A DNA stretch of 53,120 bases, taken from Girardia tigrina. Taxonomy: Eukaryota. Shown piece after piece: positions 26,635 through 40,514 of the stretch. The notes below the pieces were generated by a model. That model had not been told where the DNA came from. It ran no database searches and saw only the letters and a list, made by a program, of their open reading frames with translations. A program made the position numbers and the translations under genes. The DNA is taken from positions 1 to 53,120 of the forward strand of contig MQRK01241884.1 of NCBI GenBank assembly GCA_001938485.1, written 5' to 3'. Position 1 is the first letter of the stretch, and every line of letters starts with the position of its first letter.

Positions 26635-28450
26635 AATGAATAAAAAGAATAAAACGAATTTCGAAATAACAATCCCCTCATCAGGTCAATCTACAGCATT
26701 TATTTAACAAACACAATAAACGTGACTATACATTAATTGAAAAACATTTAATCAATAAATGATTGGATTAAAACAAATTTATTTCATTTTTCTTAAAAAT
26801 TAAGCAAAAATATTCTAAACACGATTTATTTTATAATCGCCTACAAACCATTGGCAGCTATCAATTGATGTTCGAGAAAACGATGATAAGTATATTGCAT
26901 TGATTGTGAGAAATCTCCATTACTTTGTAAAGTACGAAACAATCGAGTAAACATCTACAGAGTGTACATCTATAAATAAGTGTTTTAATAGACAAATTGT
27001 GCCAAATCATTAAAAAATATTTTCAAACCAATCTTCTGGAAAAGCAAAAAGATATGTTTATCAGGTGACTGAGAATCCTGTTAAACAATAGATTCTAAAT
27101 TTGAATGAAGGGTCCTTCTTGATGAATCGTAAATGCAGTTACGTCAAACAACGCAAAATAATACTTTAATTGACGTAGAGTTGCAAAATCTTAGTTTGTT
27201 TTTAGTTTTACAAATTTACTTTGATAAAATGCATTTTATCTATATGATTTACTTTCGTCATGCAATTGCTTGAATACGTTATTACATTACAGAGGTTAGG
27301 ATTCTAGTTTAAGAGATACCCTTTCTTCATACTTGTATAAGAAGTTATAACTCTTTCATTATTCCAAAGTTACTTTCTTATTTTAATAATATGATTTTTC
27401 TTCTGCAATATTTTATTAAACTGAATTTGACAAACTTGTCTTTTGTCTTCTTTTGTGTTCTTTCAGTTTGGAAACACATTCAAAACATTTATATTATTTC
27501 TTATCAATACACAATTGAAAAAGTAACATATGAATAAAAAAAGAAAACATCAGAATATTAAGGAACTGTGAGAGGGGCCATAGATAAATTAGAACAGGAA
27601 TGGTGTTGGAAGATAAAATATAACAGGTTACATAATAATATCTTGGAAGGAAATTATATAGTGGGATTATAATAATGTGGATTTTATATTATATAATGTC
27701 TATATCGTTGTATACTGCAATGGTGTTTATTATTCTTTTATAGTTTAATTTTACAATTGTATATATTTTCAATTCAACACTATTTTATTGTTTTAATCAA
27801 TCAAATGTTACATAATCTATCTTTTATCTTGCAATAATTAACAATTAATTGATTTGACAGTACAAAATCATTGTTTAAAATATAATTATTTTTAAAACAA
27901 AACTTCTAAAAAAGGTCACCATCTTTCAATTTGTTTAGAAAAAATTGATTATTTTATTTAATTTTTTATTCTTGTAATTATAAAGGACAAATAACATTCA
28001 GTTTACTAAAATTAAGATTACCACCGCGGCGGAGTCCGCGGTGTGATTCCTCGATTCTCCTACGCTGACTGAGAATACGTCACGACTAGACTTATTTTCG
28101 TTTTCTTGAACTCGATTAAGGATTGGAGGATGTTACGGTTGTGACAGAATTTTTAAATTGAATGATATGTGAATGTTGAAGGTAAAGTTAGAAAAATTAA
28201 TCAAAGATTAAGTTTTTAAACAGTCAGAGAAAAAAAGAGAAATAAAAGAGAAGAGTAAGAGAAAAAAATGAATGAATGAAAAAAGTTTAACAGAGATTGA
28301 AAAGGAAATGCAAAGGTTAAAAAAAGTATAATATCATTTATTCAACGACATAGGAAAAATATAAAAGATTTTAACAAAATTAACTTCATTCTTTCGTAAC
28401 ATAATATTTTTTTATTTTTCTCACATTATGTTTGGATTGTTTTTTACGTT

Positions 28451-28910
28451 TGTAAGGAATATTTGGAATGTTGATGTTTTGTGTCGTGTTTGCATGTTTA
28501 AATGTTGTATGTTGATTTGTGATTGTGCCTCTCCTAATCAGATGGATGATTTATATTTAAATTCTTATAATCTGAAACTACTTTATTCAAATTTAGATTT
28601 AATATTCAAATTTCAATTTATTCTTGTTGTAATTTTTAAATACTTTTATTAATTTTATTATTGTAAATTTGTCAATAATGAAATCGAATTAATATTTTTG
28701 AATGATAAAAGAAATTTTATTTTAACCAATAAAATATAAAGTAAATATTTTAAGTATAATAATTCATTTCAAGTTAATTCAGATTTGGAACGAGAAGTAT
28801 TAAACATTGATAGATGAATTTGAGTGCAGGCATTATTACGAATTGTAGTAAAGATGATCCAAATTGTGATTGCAATAAATGTTGTAACAAATGTGCGAGT
28901 TCTCTTCACA
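28451..28910 (-). mobile_element. solo-LTR-like family, copy C (460 bp)
   Basis: TGTAAGGAATATTTGG...CTCCTAATCAGATGG...TTTAACCAAT...GAGTTCTCTTCACA is the rc of copy A, with a close match over 28451-28620 vs 11940-12106; TSD not preserved. Confidence 0.8.
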
Positions 28911-29268
28911 AAACAAAAATTTAAATTGTTCTTGTAAGAATGGAACTGTTATACGAATGAAGGGATTGCTATTATTATTAATAATTTTTCACTTTAAATT
29001 TTCTAAAATGATGGACAACGGTTAGGGTAAAGGTACAAGATCAGTGGGTGAAACGTTTATGCAAAATTTTGGTGATATGTAATTTAATAATATTTTGTGA
29101 CAATGTATTATTAAATTTAGAATTTTTGTAAATCATTATATTTTAAACTTGGCTTGACATAAATTTAGAAAACCCGGAGAGTTATTGTGTCGTAGAACAC
29201 ATAAATAATATTGAAGGTATTTGACACGAAAATATTTCTATATTAAATTCACCAGACTTAGTTTAGAA

Positions 29269-29325
29269 TAGTGATTCTCAAAGTGGGCGCTACCGCCCAC
29301 ACGGGGGTAATAGGGTCATCTGATA
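29269..29325. mobile_element. hAT (Charlie-like) terminal fragment
   Basis: TAGTGATTCTCAAAGTGGGCGCTACCGCCC resembles CAGTGGTTCTCAAA-type hAT TIRs; partner end not found. Confidence 0.35.
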
Positions 29326-30307
29326 TCACCTAAAACATATTTTAATTAAAATTATTTAATTAGTTTCATTATTAATATTTTTACTATTATAACAATTCAT
29401 TTTTATACTTCATGATTGCAAAAATGTAAACTACATAAATAGCTATGAATATTAAAAATCAAATATTTTTTTTTCAAATATTTCATATAATATAATATAA
29501 TATACTAGTTATAATTTAAGTTAATATTGAAATTAGAGTTCTATTGACACTTTTAGGAATTAATAGTAAACGGAAAATTTTTGAAATAGACAATCTAAAT
29601 TAAGTTCAATTAGTTTATTAAATATAATTTTATAAAATACCGGTTTAACAAAAAATAAAACTTTAGTAATTTAGTTCCTCAAATTTTTTAAGAAATAATT
29701 AAATAAATAGAATATAAGTTAAATGTAAATTAAATAAAAAACAATTTGTTTTAATAATTGGCAGAATTTTTTAGGGAATTGAAAATCAGAGTGGAAATTG
29801 GAATTATTAGAAGATCAACGCAATCAATCAATTATTCCAAATATTTTTCAATATCCGATAATTAAGTGTCATTAATAAATATAATTTAGTGATGGATATT
29901 TGTTCTTCTCCGAGTGGTGTTCTCACAGATTCTAACAGACACAATGGAGTGTGAAAATGAAACAGATTTACCATTTTATTCATTTTTTTATTTTTAAAGA
30001 AAACATAAAAGTGATAGAATAAAACATTATAAATACATCTTTTTATTTTTTCCAATTTTTAAGAAATTTATTCTTTTGGTTTCTTAAAAAATAATAAAAA
30101 ACAAATGTGATTGCACATAAAATTTGATAATTTATAAATAATATCATGTGCAGAACGAATATGACTTTAAGTCATTGTAAATTATTTTAATTAATTATTA
30201 TACAAAGACATCTAAGAATTTATTGACTTAATTATTATTAATATTGTTATTATTTTTATTATTATTAATATTATTATTATTTTTGTTATTATTATTGTTC
30301 TTGATGT

Positions 30308-30522
30308 TGAGAGGAATATTTTAAAATTTGGTATTTGGAAATGTGTTTCTTCCGCCAAGATGGAAAATTTGTATTTTTGATGTTTGTGATGAGTGCTCGG
30401 GTATGATTTACATTTTAAATAACCACTTAAGATATTTACAAATGAAAAATAATATTAACTATTTTTTTTAATTATAAATTAAATTTTAAAACCAATTAAA
30501 TTAAAGTTCGGAAAATAAAAAT
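30308..30522 (-). mobile_element. solo-LTR-like family, partial copy H
   Basis: TGAGAGGAATATTTTAAA...CCGCCAAGATGG...AAACCAAT, rc of family motifs; runs directly into copy I. Confidence 0.55.
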
Positions 30523-31034
30523 TGTGAGGAATATTTTAAATTGTTTAAATGTGTAAATGCATGGATGCTGTATGTTGATTTAAGTATGTTGAATTTAGAA
30601 TGATGATTCTCCCACCCAGATTGAAATTGGTATTTTTTTATTAAGTTTAAAGTGATTGACTATTCGAACATAATTAAAATAATCATTTTATAAGTTCATA
30701 TCTTTAATTTCAGAATTAAAATTGAGTTTAATAATTTTTAGTAAAATTTAAATTAAATGCATTTTTAATAATTTGATGTCATTTTTATTATTTTGGGATT
30801 TATTAAAAAATGGTAAAAAATAATATTTTTAATTAATATTTTTTAGAGGTTAAAATAATAGAGTTATTTTAAAAAATAATTTAGAAAAATTGTTCGAATA
30901 ATCATGATTAAAAACAGAAATAAGAAAACCAATTAGAACGATGGCAAACGATGAAACACCTTCTGAGAGTCTTAATGACTCTAAATGTAATTGCAATAAA
31001 GATTTAAACGAGACTTGTTTAAATGTTCTTAATA
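30523..31034 (-). mobile_element. solo-LTR-like family, copy I (512 bp)
   Basis: TGTGAGGAATATTTT...GTATGTTGATTT...CTCCCACCCAGAT...TGTTCTTAATA with 5-bp TSD AAAAT (30518-30522, 31035-31039). Confidence 0.7.
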
Positions 31035-31772
31035 AAAATCATTGAAATAATCAGTAAAATTTTAGATAAAATTATAAATTCGATTAATTGAAAGTTTTTA
31101 AAATGGAAATCATTAAAATTAATTGTTCTTAATTAAAATATTTTTGAAATATATTAAAATATTATATTTTTAAAAATTTCTAAAATAATCGTGAAACCAT
31201 AAAATTAATTTAATCGTATAGAATTGAAATCTTTGTGGGAATTATTATTTTTTAATTATTCATTCGAAAAACTGAACAAATTAGTTTGATGTTAACTGAT
31301 GAAGGTTGTTTTTGTCAGTTGTTCTAAATACCAATCAAATTTTGATAAAAATAAAATATTTTAATACTTATTATTATAATTACCATTATTATTCCTATAA
31401 TGAAAAAGAAATCATAACACATTTATTTTTGAATTTCTGAAGTGTTTTATTTTTTTGAATCATCGAGGGTTAAGGTATATTTGAAGATGAAGTTCAGCAT
31501 TCACATCATATCACCGAGGTCATTTTTATAGACAAATTTTAACATTAGTTTGTGTTTTGTTAATAAATAAATTTTAAAAATGATGTTCTTGAATAAAATA
31601 ATTTACTATGTTTTTAAAAATTGATAATTTCCATCGAAGTTTAAATTATACAATTTTTTTAAGCATATATAATTTTAATTCGATCATAAAAGTATTATAA
31701 AACATCAAAAAGTTAACTTTAATAATTATATAAAGATTATTAAGATATGGTTATGATTCTACGTCTTTCTCT

Positions 31773-32331
31773 GATTAACAAATAGGGGAAATAATTGAGG
31801 AAGCCGGAAGCATTGTAGACATGTTCTTTTGTATTTTATAATCGTTTAGCATCTCTGATTCTTCGAGGGATCTGGATCTCATAATTAATTCTGAAATCAT
31901 CAAGATTAACTTGGTAGATTTTAACTTGCCAGCGACATGGAGGCTTGGCCTGAGAATGGTTTGAGATGGGAGTTTTATTAACATTGTTTCTATGTCGATC
32001 GGGTGTCCACGATAAGAACGGTGTCAACATGGTTATATAGTCGGAAGGCAGTATAACCAGGTTGTTTAAATAGAGAGGCACCGGCTCAGGGGAGAAACCT
32101 GCAGGCGAAACTCTCAACGTCATTCAGTATTGGGATTGCATCTGTGAATAGGGCAATGTTGATGGCCTCGTCAATATGACCAGACTCCGGTCTTTTTTTT
32201 GATTAACAAATATGGGAAATAATTGAGGAAGCCGGAAGCATTGTAGACATGTTCTTTTGTATTTTATAATCGTTTAGCATCTCTGATTCTTCGAGGGATC
32301 TTGATCTCATAATTAATTCTGAAATCTTCAA
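31773..32331. repeat. 131-bp direct repeats (31773-31903, 32201-32331) flanking a 297-bp insert
   Basis: Copies differ at 3 positions; the insert 31904-32200 is more GC-rich and ends in a T-run. Confidence 0.9.
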
Positions 32332-32810
32332 AAATCATTCACGACTAGTACAATGAAGTTAAGCGAGCTTCACAAAAATCTTTTATTGACCTAAAATTTA
32401 AGGAAGTTTTTACCGAACAAGACTTTAAATTAATTTATTACGTTTCTCAATCGCAGAAGCTTTAGCAAGTAGCCGTTGAGGCTTTTTGTCACTGTGATCC
32501 CAATCTATTGTCTGCATATCCTATTGTGAAGTATAGCAGCATAGAATAGATGTATAACTGATGACGGACCTATAGGTGCAATATTCACCTTTGAACCTAT
32601 AGATAGTGTTGAAGAACGATAAATTTTGAAATCAATTTTTGAACACAAAAATAATTTTCGAGAAACTTAAAAGACCTTCATTCTGAATATTAATTTTGAA
32701 AGTTTTTTCGATGAAAAATAAATCTCATCAATTTAAAATATAATAGTGAAGAAAAAGCTTTGACGAAAAAATGTGTAACGGTACAGTACACCGGTACTGG
32801 GAACCCAGGC
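32332..32810 (+). mobile_element. decayed hAT-like transposase remnant and 3' terminus
   Basis: QVAVEAFCHCDPNLLSA near 32466-32517 resembles the hAT-type EALCRRDxNLLxA; terminal ACCGGTACTGGGAACCC near 32790-32807 is TIR-like. Confidence 0.35.
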
Positions 32811-33067
32811 AAATATTCAGAAAAGAACTAAATAAGTGGGTCGTCCCACTCACAGTCAACAGAATTACTCCGTATATTCTGTTAAATAGCTCATTTTTTA
32901 AACTATGTTGATTTTAAGTTCTAAGAACATTCATACAATTAAAAAAATTTGTACTAAATTCAGGATTTAATGAATTAAAACAGCGTTTTAAAGTTTTTGT
33001 AAAATTAAATTCTAACTTTAAAATAATTAAATAAATAACTAAAAGTATAATAAATGTTAAAATGAAG

Positions 33068-33235
33068 GAGGATTCGAGGAATTTAGAAGTACCGCAGACA
33101 AAGATTATTTTGAAAAGAAGATGACGAGTCAAAAGATTTTGGAACATGCAGCCAGTCCTACCCATAAAGAATGTAGTTCCGAAGATGTTATGAAGACAAC
33201 GATGTCAGAAATAATACCGAAATTCCTCTATTTAG
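33068..33235 (+). CDS. DUSP10/puckered-like, coding exon 2 (not in the ORF track)
   Basis: aag|GAGGATTC...TATTTAG|gtatgt, 168 nt, phase 1-1, open: (G)GFEEFRSTADKDYFEKKMTSQKILEHAASPTHKECSSEDVMKTTMSEIIPKFLYL(G), i.e. end of rhodanese, linker and start of the DSP domain. Confidence 0.92.
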
Positions 33236-35259
33236 GTATGTAAAAATTACTTTTAATTTAATATTTGTTATTGTTAATTTGATGAAGGAAAGGTTATACA
33301 ATTTGAAATTCTTTGAATTATTATTTTTGTGTAACCTTTTAAAGTTGAGAATGATTAAAAAAATAACAAGGTTTTCATAAATTTTTATGTCCGTACAAAA
33401 ATGATATTTGACAAAAATATTTGACAAATATTCTACTTTTGATATAGACTGGTGTGGTTTTATTTTTTATAATTTTAATAAATCTGTTCTCTCATTGAAC
33501 GATCCTGCTGATGATGTTCTGATAAGAACGAAACATCTCGTGAATTGTGACAAAATAAGTAGTTACTTTAAAGATGTTTCTTCGTTTTTCACTATGTTAA
33601 ATCAATTAAATATATTTATTACTTTTTATGTTATTAAATTGAAATATCTAGATTTTTGGTTGTCTCAATTTTTATTTCAAAATATTTTCAGAAATATTAA
33701 AATTATGTAAAAGTCATCTTCAACAAGGAGGACATTGTTTGTATATAAAAATACAAATGAACAAACAAGAAAGGATAATCATTAAACGTTAACAAATGAT
33801 ATTGGCTGATACGTCTTACGTAAGGAGAACTTACTATTCTTTTCTTCTTCTATTCTTTAGAGAAAAGACAACTAACGAATATTTTTTTCAATAAAAGATA
33901 TAATAAAAATGAATATGTTGCATTTTTGAATAAAAAATCTGGATTACAAATGACCGCTTTTCAGGAAAATATAATTAATACATATAAGGAGCGAAAATAA
34001 TAATTTTTCTACCTCTTTTGCAGATGGATACAATTTCTTTCATAATTTCTAAGCCTTCCATCGGCGACACTAATTGCAAAAAAGTCATCGATAAATTACC
34101 AGAAAAATGTCAATTGAAACTGCGACGATTTAGGTTAAATATAGTTAGAAATCACGATGTATGTTGTGGGAGAACATCAAACAAGCTACAATGTAACCGT
34201 ATCGACCTAGATTTTGGGCTTGGGGAAACAAATAACTAAAGTAATTAACAAATCGAATGAAAGATTTACATCGAAATTCATAAATCTAGCATGGAGAAAG
34301 AGGAATAGATATTTATGAAATAAATAAATGAAATAGAAACAAAAGTGTTTTAGGTTGTAGTCGTTCATGTAGCAACTACCACCAGGAGCAGTCTTGATTC
34401 ACATCATTCCAGTCAATGGTCATATTTAGGTGAGACTGGTCTGACCCTTAATCAAGGACTAGTCAACATCTTGTGTTCTATATTGCGATATTTATTTCAA
34501 TCTTAAAATATTAAATTTATCGTATTATAGTTTTATATTATAGTTCCTATTTTACTTAATTTAACATACATTTTTGTAAAAGTAGTTGTTTGATCCCATT
34601 ATAAAATTATGCCTTTTAGTAAATGATTTTTGAAATTTAGAAAGGGGTTTTGATTTTATAAATATTTCTTGTGATATTATTCGTGTGTTACTTTCCTCGT
34701 AAAATAAAATTTTAATTTAAACATAATAAAATATTGCGAAATTTCAAATGACTTTCCGTCCGATTTTAGCAGATTTGCTACGTACCTAAACATGTCATAT
34801 TAAAGTACTGAAAAATCACAACGTCAATCGTATCATAATGCAAATAATTTGATTTTAACTCTGATTGCGCTTTTGGTTATAAAAGCTCACTAACGTCCAT
34901 GTTAAATCAGTAACACACTTAAATTTGTCTTTCGTTTGATGTATTTAAAGTAAATATTTTAATAAAATCATTAAATGAATGAATAATACTATAAGCTTAA
35001 ACAAGATACAGTTTCAAATTTACATTAAAATCAATTACACAACATTTCCATTTATTAATTAAAATAAAACATGTTAAGATTATTACCAACATTATTATAT
35101 CTTCTGACATTTTTATTATTATTACGACTCAAATTAAATATACAGAATTTAAAAGTCCTAAAGTATATATTGTGTGATATATCAGAAGGAGGATTAATAA
35201 ATTTATCAAAACTACAGGGAAAACTTTATATTTACTTTTTTTAATACTTCATCGTAAAA

Positions 35260-35860
35260 GATACTCAGCGAAACATACTGAAAAAAAGACTTTTAATCAT
35301 TAGCTGCTATCATTAAGTAAAAATTATGATAAAAAAGACGATTTCAAGGTCAGAGATATATACCACTCTCAAAAACTTGTTTTAAAACTCTTTTAAAGAA
35401 GAGCGGCTGTGAAACAGGTCGAGATTTAACTGAAAACATGGACTGAAACGATCTTCCGCTTTTTTCAATCAATTGTATCTAATAAAAAATTTTGAGCTTG
35501 AGTTTCACCTGAAATTAAAAGAGCCAAAGAATCAGATTGCTGCTTAACATCTTGCCTGTAATAAATCTAGACGCGGTAATAAATAAAAAATTCTTGTACA
35601 GAATTGTTACGGGAAACGAGTGATTGTGTCTTCACGTCAACAAGAAACAAATAAAGGAGTATGTTGCCTCAGGAGTCAGAGGTCTAAGTCAAGAGTGAAG
35701 TAACAACTTCACCCTAAGAAGACCATATTTTGCATTTAGTTTGACTGGGTATAAAGGAAAGAAATAAGAATGTCGATAATGATTTATTTACAATAAATAA
35801 GAGCGGATTGACAAGGTCAAGTGATATTTCTCCATGGCATCAAAAGGTTTTACACTGCAA
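35260..35860 (+). mobile_element. old mariner transposase fragment
   Basis: IVTGNE*LCLHVNKKQIKE (~35602) and QLHPKKTIFCI*FDW (~35704) match the mariner IVTGDEKW and LHPKKxMLCVWWD motifs; no TIRs. Confidence 0.7.
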
Positions 35861-38727
35861 ATACAGTCAAATAATAAGTTTTTTATTAGTTAATTGTCAA
35901 TCTTAGGAGTAATAAAAATTTTAAAGAAGTATTAGTAAAATAAGTCTAACTTTAGTTTGATCAAACAACTTTTATAATGTAGAAGAATATCATAAATTCA
36001 TAACCAAACTTAAAGAAAAAAGTTTGTAATTCTTCCAGACCATCATTTTTGTGTAAATCTTTAAAAAATAACGTAAATGGTTTCGTTGATCCAATTGTGT
36101 AAATAAAAATTTTTTCGGCTCATAACGGCAATTATTCGAAAATGGAATTAGTTTATATACTGGAAAACGCATACTTAAATTTTTGATACCGTAAAACAAA
36201 AATTGAAAATTCAAGAAATTATTACATATTTTTTCTTAAAAGAAAAATAAAATATCTTTTATAAAAACGTTTACAAAATTTTCTTTAAAAAATTTTTATC
36301 AAAAAAATTTACATTTAAAACTAAAAGAAATAATTGTTTTAATTTTTAAAATTTGTGACCCTAAAAATATCTCTAAAACTGAATTATTTGAAAATTAAAA
36401 AAATATTTATGATATGTTTTTAGTGATATTTAAAATAAATAAAATTTCTATGTACAAAGAGATATTGCGATACGAAAATATAAATAAATTAAATATAAAT
36501 AACTCAACATTTCTGATGAAAAATTTCATTATTGAAAAATATTTTATTAAAACTATTAATTTTTGATGAGATAATATTAATTTATAAAGTTGAATTATTC
36601 ATTTTTATGAGACAAAAAACAAAAGATAAACTCGTTCAATTTCGGTGAGAAATAATTTTCCCACAAATTTTATTTTTCAAACTCGGCGATATTTTATGGA
36701 GTCTCGAAATCGTTTATTTTATGAAGAAAGAAAGGAATAAAGAAACCGCTTCTTGTCAATTAAAACAAGAAATTCGAGTTTTAGTCATTAGAGAAATAAA
36801 ATTAGGATTATTTTTCATAATTGTTAAAATGGGTTTCTTAAAAGAAGAATGACAGTATATATGGACTCCGTTTGCTTCCAAGGACGGGTACTGAATGTGT
36901 GAAATAATAGGTTGTCTTGTTTTATTATTTGTAAATTATATAAATAATATTTTATAATGACAAAAAATGAATAAGAAATATCAAAATGATCGAAATTGGC
37001 TCCATTTTCATGAAAAAAGTTGTAAATATAAACTTTATTGGATATTGTAACAATCAGTTAGATTTATTTTTTTATTTTTATTTTTTTGGTATGTTAATGT
37101 ATTATTTTTATCATTTTGATTCTTGTGTGTTTATTAAATAAATAAACTTTATTTATATTTCGAAGAGGCCATTTAATCAAAGAAGGAGATTTAAAAAGTA
37201 AAGAAAAGGCATTGAAAGATGCGCAAATATTTCCACTGTCAATATAAAATTATAATCTTAATTTTAATTATTTAAAATTATTCAGAATCAGAATTTTTGA
37301 TTCCCGACTATTATTCGTTTCAATTACTGAGCAATCATCCATTACAATTACTCAACAACGATTAATTTGAATTACCGCACAATTGACAATTACAATTAAC
37401 AATATAATCCACTACTGAACAGAATTTGAAAAAGACATTTTTTTTAGAATAAAAGGAAACAAATTTTATCTTTCGATCTATCAAATACAAAAAATGAGTC
37501 ACATACTCCAGTCTCTTTTGTCCAAAGCTAGTCCATTCTAAAGAATCACTGATTGCAATATCCGAATAAAGACAGTAATATTTATTCAAGTTACTTTAAC
37601 TACTGACTCAATCTATTTGGTGAAAAACTTAATTATATCATCCATACTTTCCGTTATTTGTTGGTATATTTAATAACATATTTGATCATAATTTTGTGAT
37701 TGTTATTTTAATTTAAGTGAGCTCAAGGATTTCATCATATTTCTGATACATAATCCTTTAGCCCATTTGCAATTACTCACATTAATTACAAAACTACGTT
37801 ACATATTAATATATTAACATATATTAATTGTTTAATTAAAGATTTTAAAGATAGAGTCGGCTTTGCTGTGCGAACTTTTAATATTAATTAATAGTTGCAG
37901 TTTCCAAAGAGTTAAACCATGAATCTGGTTTTCAGATTTAATTGTCATGAGTGTCAAGACTCATACGCAAAGGACTCTCTTTTGGTTTTGGTTTGGAATG
38001 TTTAAAAATCTGTTATATCAATGGACGATCTCCCTGATGATGTTTTGATAAGAATGAAACATGTCTTGAATTGTGAAATAATAAATGGTTTTTACATTTA
38101 TCTAAGCAGTCAGTCGATCATGTCAGTCCATCTTCATATTTTATTATAAGTAGTTTGATCAACCTTCACGGTAAATATAAACCCTTTAACGCAATAATAA
38201 CTGAGCAATAAATCACATTTATAATTATAAAAATATGTTGATTTTGTGATCTAATCCAAATTTATATTTAATTGCATTCTTTTCTAATGCCGTATTGTTA
38301 AAATTGTATATGTATCACGTTTTTGTTCCTAAAATTAGAAATGATTATTTTGGATTTGAAATATGCAATAAATTTTAACTGTAAAAATTAATCTAAATAA
38401 AAGAAATAATAAAAAAATCGTAAATATTTTAGCATGCTAGAAAAAATATCGTGATTAATGGATCCATTAGGAAACCTGATGAATTTAAAACCGAATAAAT
38501 ACTCAATTAAACAATGTAACTATGTCAGTGATAATGTTCTACACTTAAATATGTCCTCATCTTTCTTAGGTTCAATATCAAGAGATGGAATCATAACACC
38601 AAACATATATGAATAACACAATAAGTGTTTTTTTCTACCAAATTTTTGATGAATCTTTTTTGTTTTTTTAATCTTAAATATTATAAATAAAAATATTACA
38701 AATATGAATATTTAATAAATTTTAATT

Positions 38728-39280
38728 AGTGTCCCGACAAATGGACGAACCGAAAAAATGCGCTAAAACACATTTAGTAAAATTTAGCACATTTTTGTAT
38801 ATAATTTTACGTTTTCGTCGTTACGCTGCTTACAGCGTGTTCATGTATATTTGATTTGATATTTTTAGATTCATTCTTAGAATTGTCTGGTGCATGCATG
38901 TGATCAGTAATATTCAGTTCTGTAACATTATTTTCTTTCCCCAGTCTTCCGGCATACTCTTGTTTGACACATCTCCATGCAGATGATCCATCTTATTTTT
39001 GCTTTTCACCATGATATATGTACCACTCGTAAAGTATTTTGTTCTTTCTTTTTTGTGACTTATATTATATTTTTATATTTTTTTATATTTTTTATATATT
39101 AATAATTTCTAAAATTTATGAAAAAATAATTTTTATATTTATAAATTTATATTTCAAAAATATTTTTAGTATTAACGAATTAATAATAAAAAATCAACAT
39201 ATTTTCAAAACCAATTATAAAATTTATTTTAGCTCTTTTGTCGGTGCGCGGATTTGTCAGACCGCACTTGTCGGGTCACG
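38728..39280 (-). mobile_element. non-autonomous MULE derivative carrying a FLYWCH zinc-finger fragment
   Basis: Perfect 9-bp TSD ATTTTAATT (38719-38727, 39281-39289); TIRs AGTGTCCCGACAAATG / rc CGTGACCCGACAAGTG; minus strand reads YIY...SAWRCVKQEYAGR...TDHMHAPD. Confidence 0.8.
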
Positions 39281-40094
39281 ATTTTAATTTATATTTTTTT
39301 ATAATTTCTCAAACTACCGTTTCACAAATTTCTTTTATAATTTCAAAATTTGCTGATTTATAATTTTTACAATTTCTGCATTTTACCACATTTACGATTT
39401 TTGAATTTCTTAATTTTACAATTTTAATTTAATAATTTAATAATAATTTAGGTTTTAAATATTAAATACATTATTTTATGTAAAATATTAAACTTGATTA
39501 TAGAAATTACAAAAGAAAAAAGTTTTAAATTTTCTTAAGTAGTATCTTAATCTTTTCTTTAATCTTACATAGAGAAAAGTAGCATATATGTGAACAATGT
39601 CAAAAATACTAATTGCAAAATACGAAAATTGGTCTTTATCAGGACAGCCACTATCACTTATCTCTTCTCTTGTTTTGTGTGAATTCGTTCTTTTCTTCAG
39701 TTTTCCATTCAAATAATACAATATTTTGTGTATATCTGCAGTGACTTTCAAGTTTCGATAAATGGAAAATCGCTTTTTAATTAAGTAATTACGCTCAAAT
39801 TTTATATTAATTAAACTTTTTTGATAAATGTTTAATAAATAAATAATACAATTAATTACTATTTGAATACTAAGATGATTCCGTTTGGAGTTATTAAGTC
39901 TTCAATTTGTAGCTTCACTATATAATGACTAAGTTTATTAATATATTAATATCAAAGATTAATTGCAAGACCTATTTTTGCGTTATTTTGTCATAAAACT
40001 TTTAACAACAGGTAATTTAGCCTACTTTATAATCAGTGAGATGCAAAATATAATTAATAACAAAAGTGTGTTGAAATATGCCAAGTTTTCTCTC

Positions 40095-40514
40095 TATTAA
40101 GAACACCAATATGACTATTAATATTTTTATTATTACAAGTTTGATTGTCCTCAGGACAATCTTTGTCAAAGCTTTCGTAAGATTGCTTCAGTCTATTAAT
40201 AAATGACTTCAATCTTATTATCTGATCAAATGGAGAATCAAATAAATTGTTAAAATATTTACTCAAAATTTTATTGGTTAAAAATTAAAATGATTTTTAA
40301 TTATTTAAAAAATATTAAGTCAATTTATTTATTTAAAAATTGTAAATGAAATTAATAAACTTATTTAAAATTTTTCAATTATTTTAAATTAGAAATAAAT
40401 TTAAACATTGCATATTTATAAATAATAAGAATTAAAATATTAATTATCCATGTGGATAGGAGGGATACAATTCCAAATCAACATACAACATTCAAACACA
40501 CAATATTCCTCACA
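40095..40514 (+). mobile_element. solo-LTR-like family, copy D (420 bp)
   Basis: TATTAAGAACACC...ATTGGTTAAAA...CCATGTGGATAGGAGG...AAATCAACATACAACATT...AATATTCCTCACA with perfect 5-bp TSD CTCTC (40090-40094, 40515-40519). Confidence 0.8.

Noticed and set aside
31772-32330. TRIM/mini-LTR retrotransposon (repeats can be read as TGAT...TCA)
   Set aside because: No flanking TSD (TTCTC vs AAAAT), no PBS or PPT in either orientation, and the repeat seems continuous with the host sequence.
33408-33710. F-box-like peptide (LNDPADDVLIR; DDLPDDVLIR in the second copy)
   Set aside because: Differences between the two copies are mostly non-synonymous in this frame and there is no supporting gene structure.
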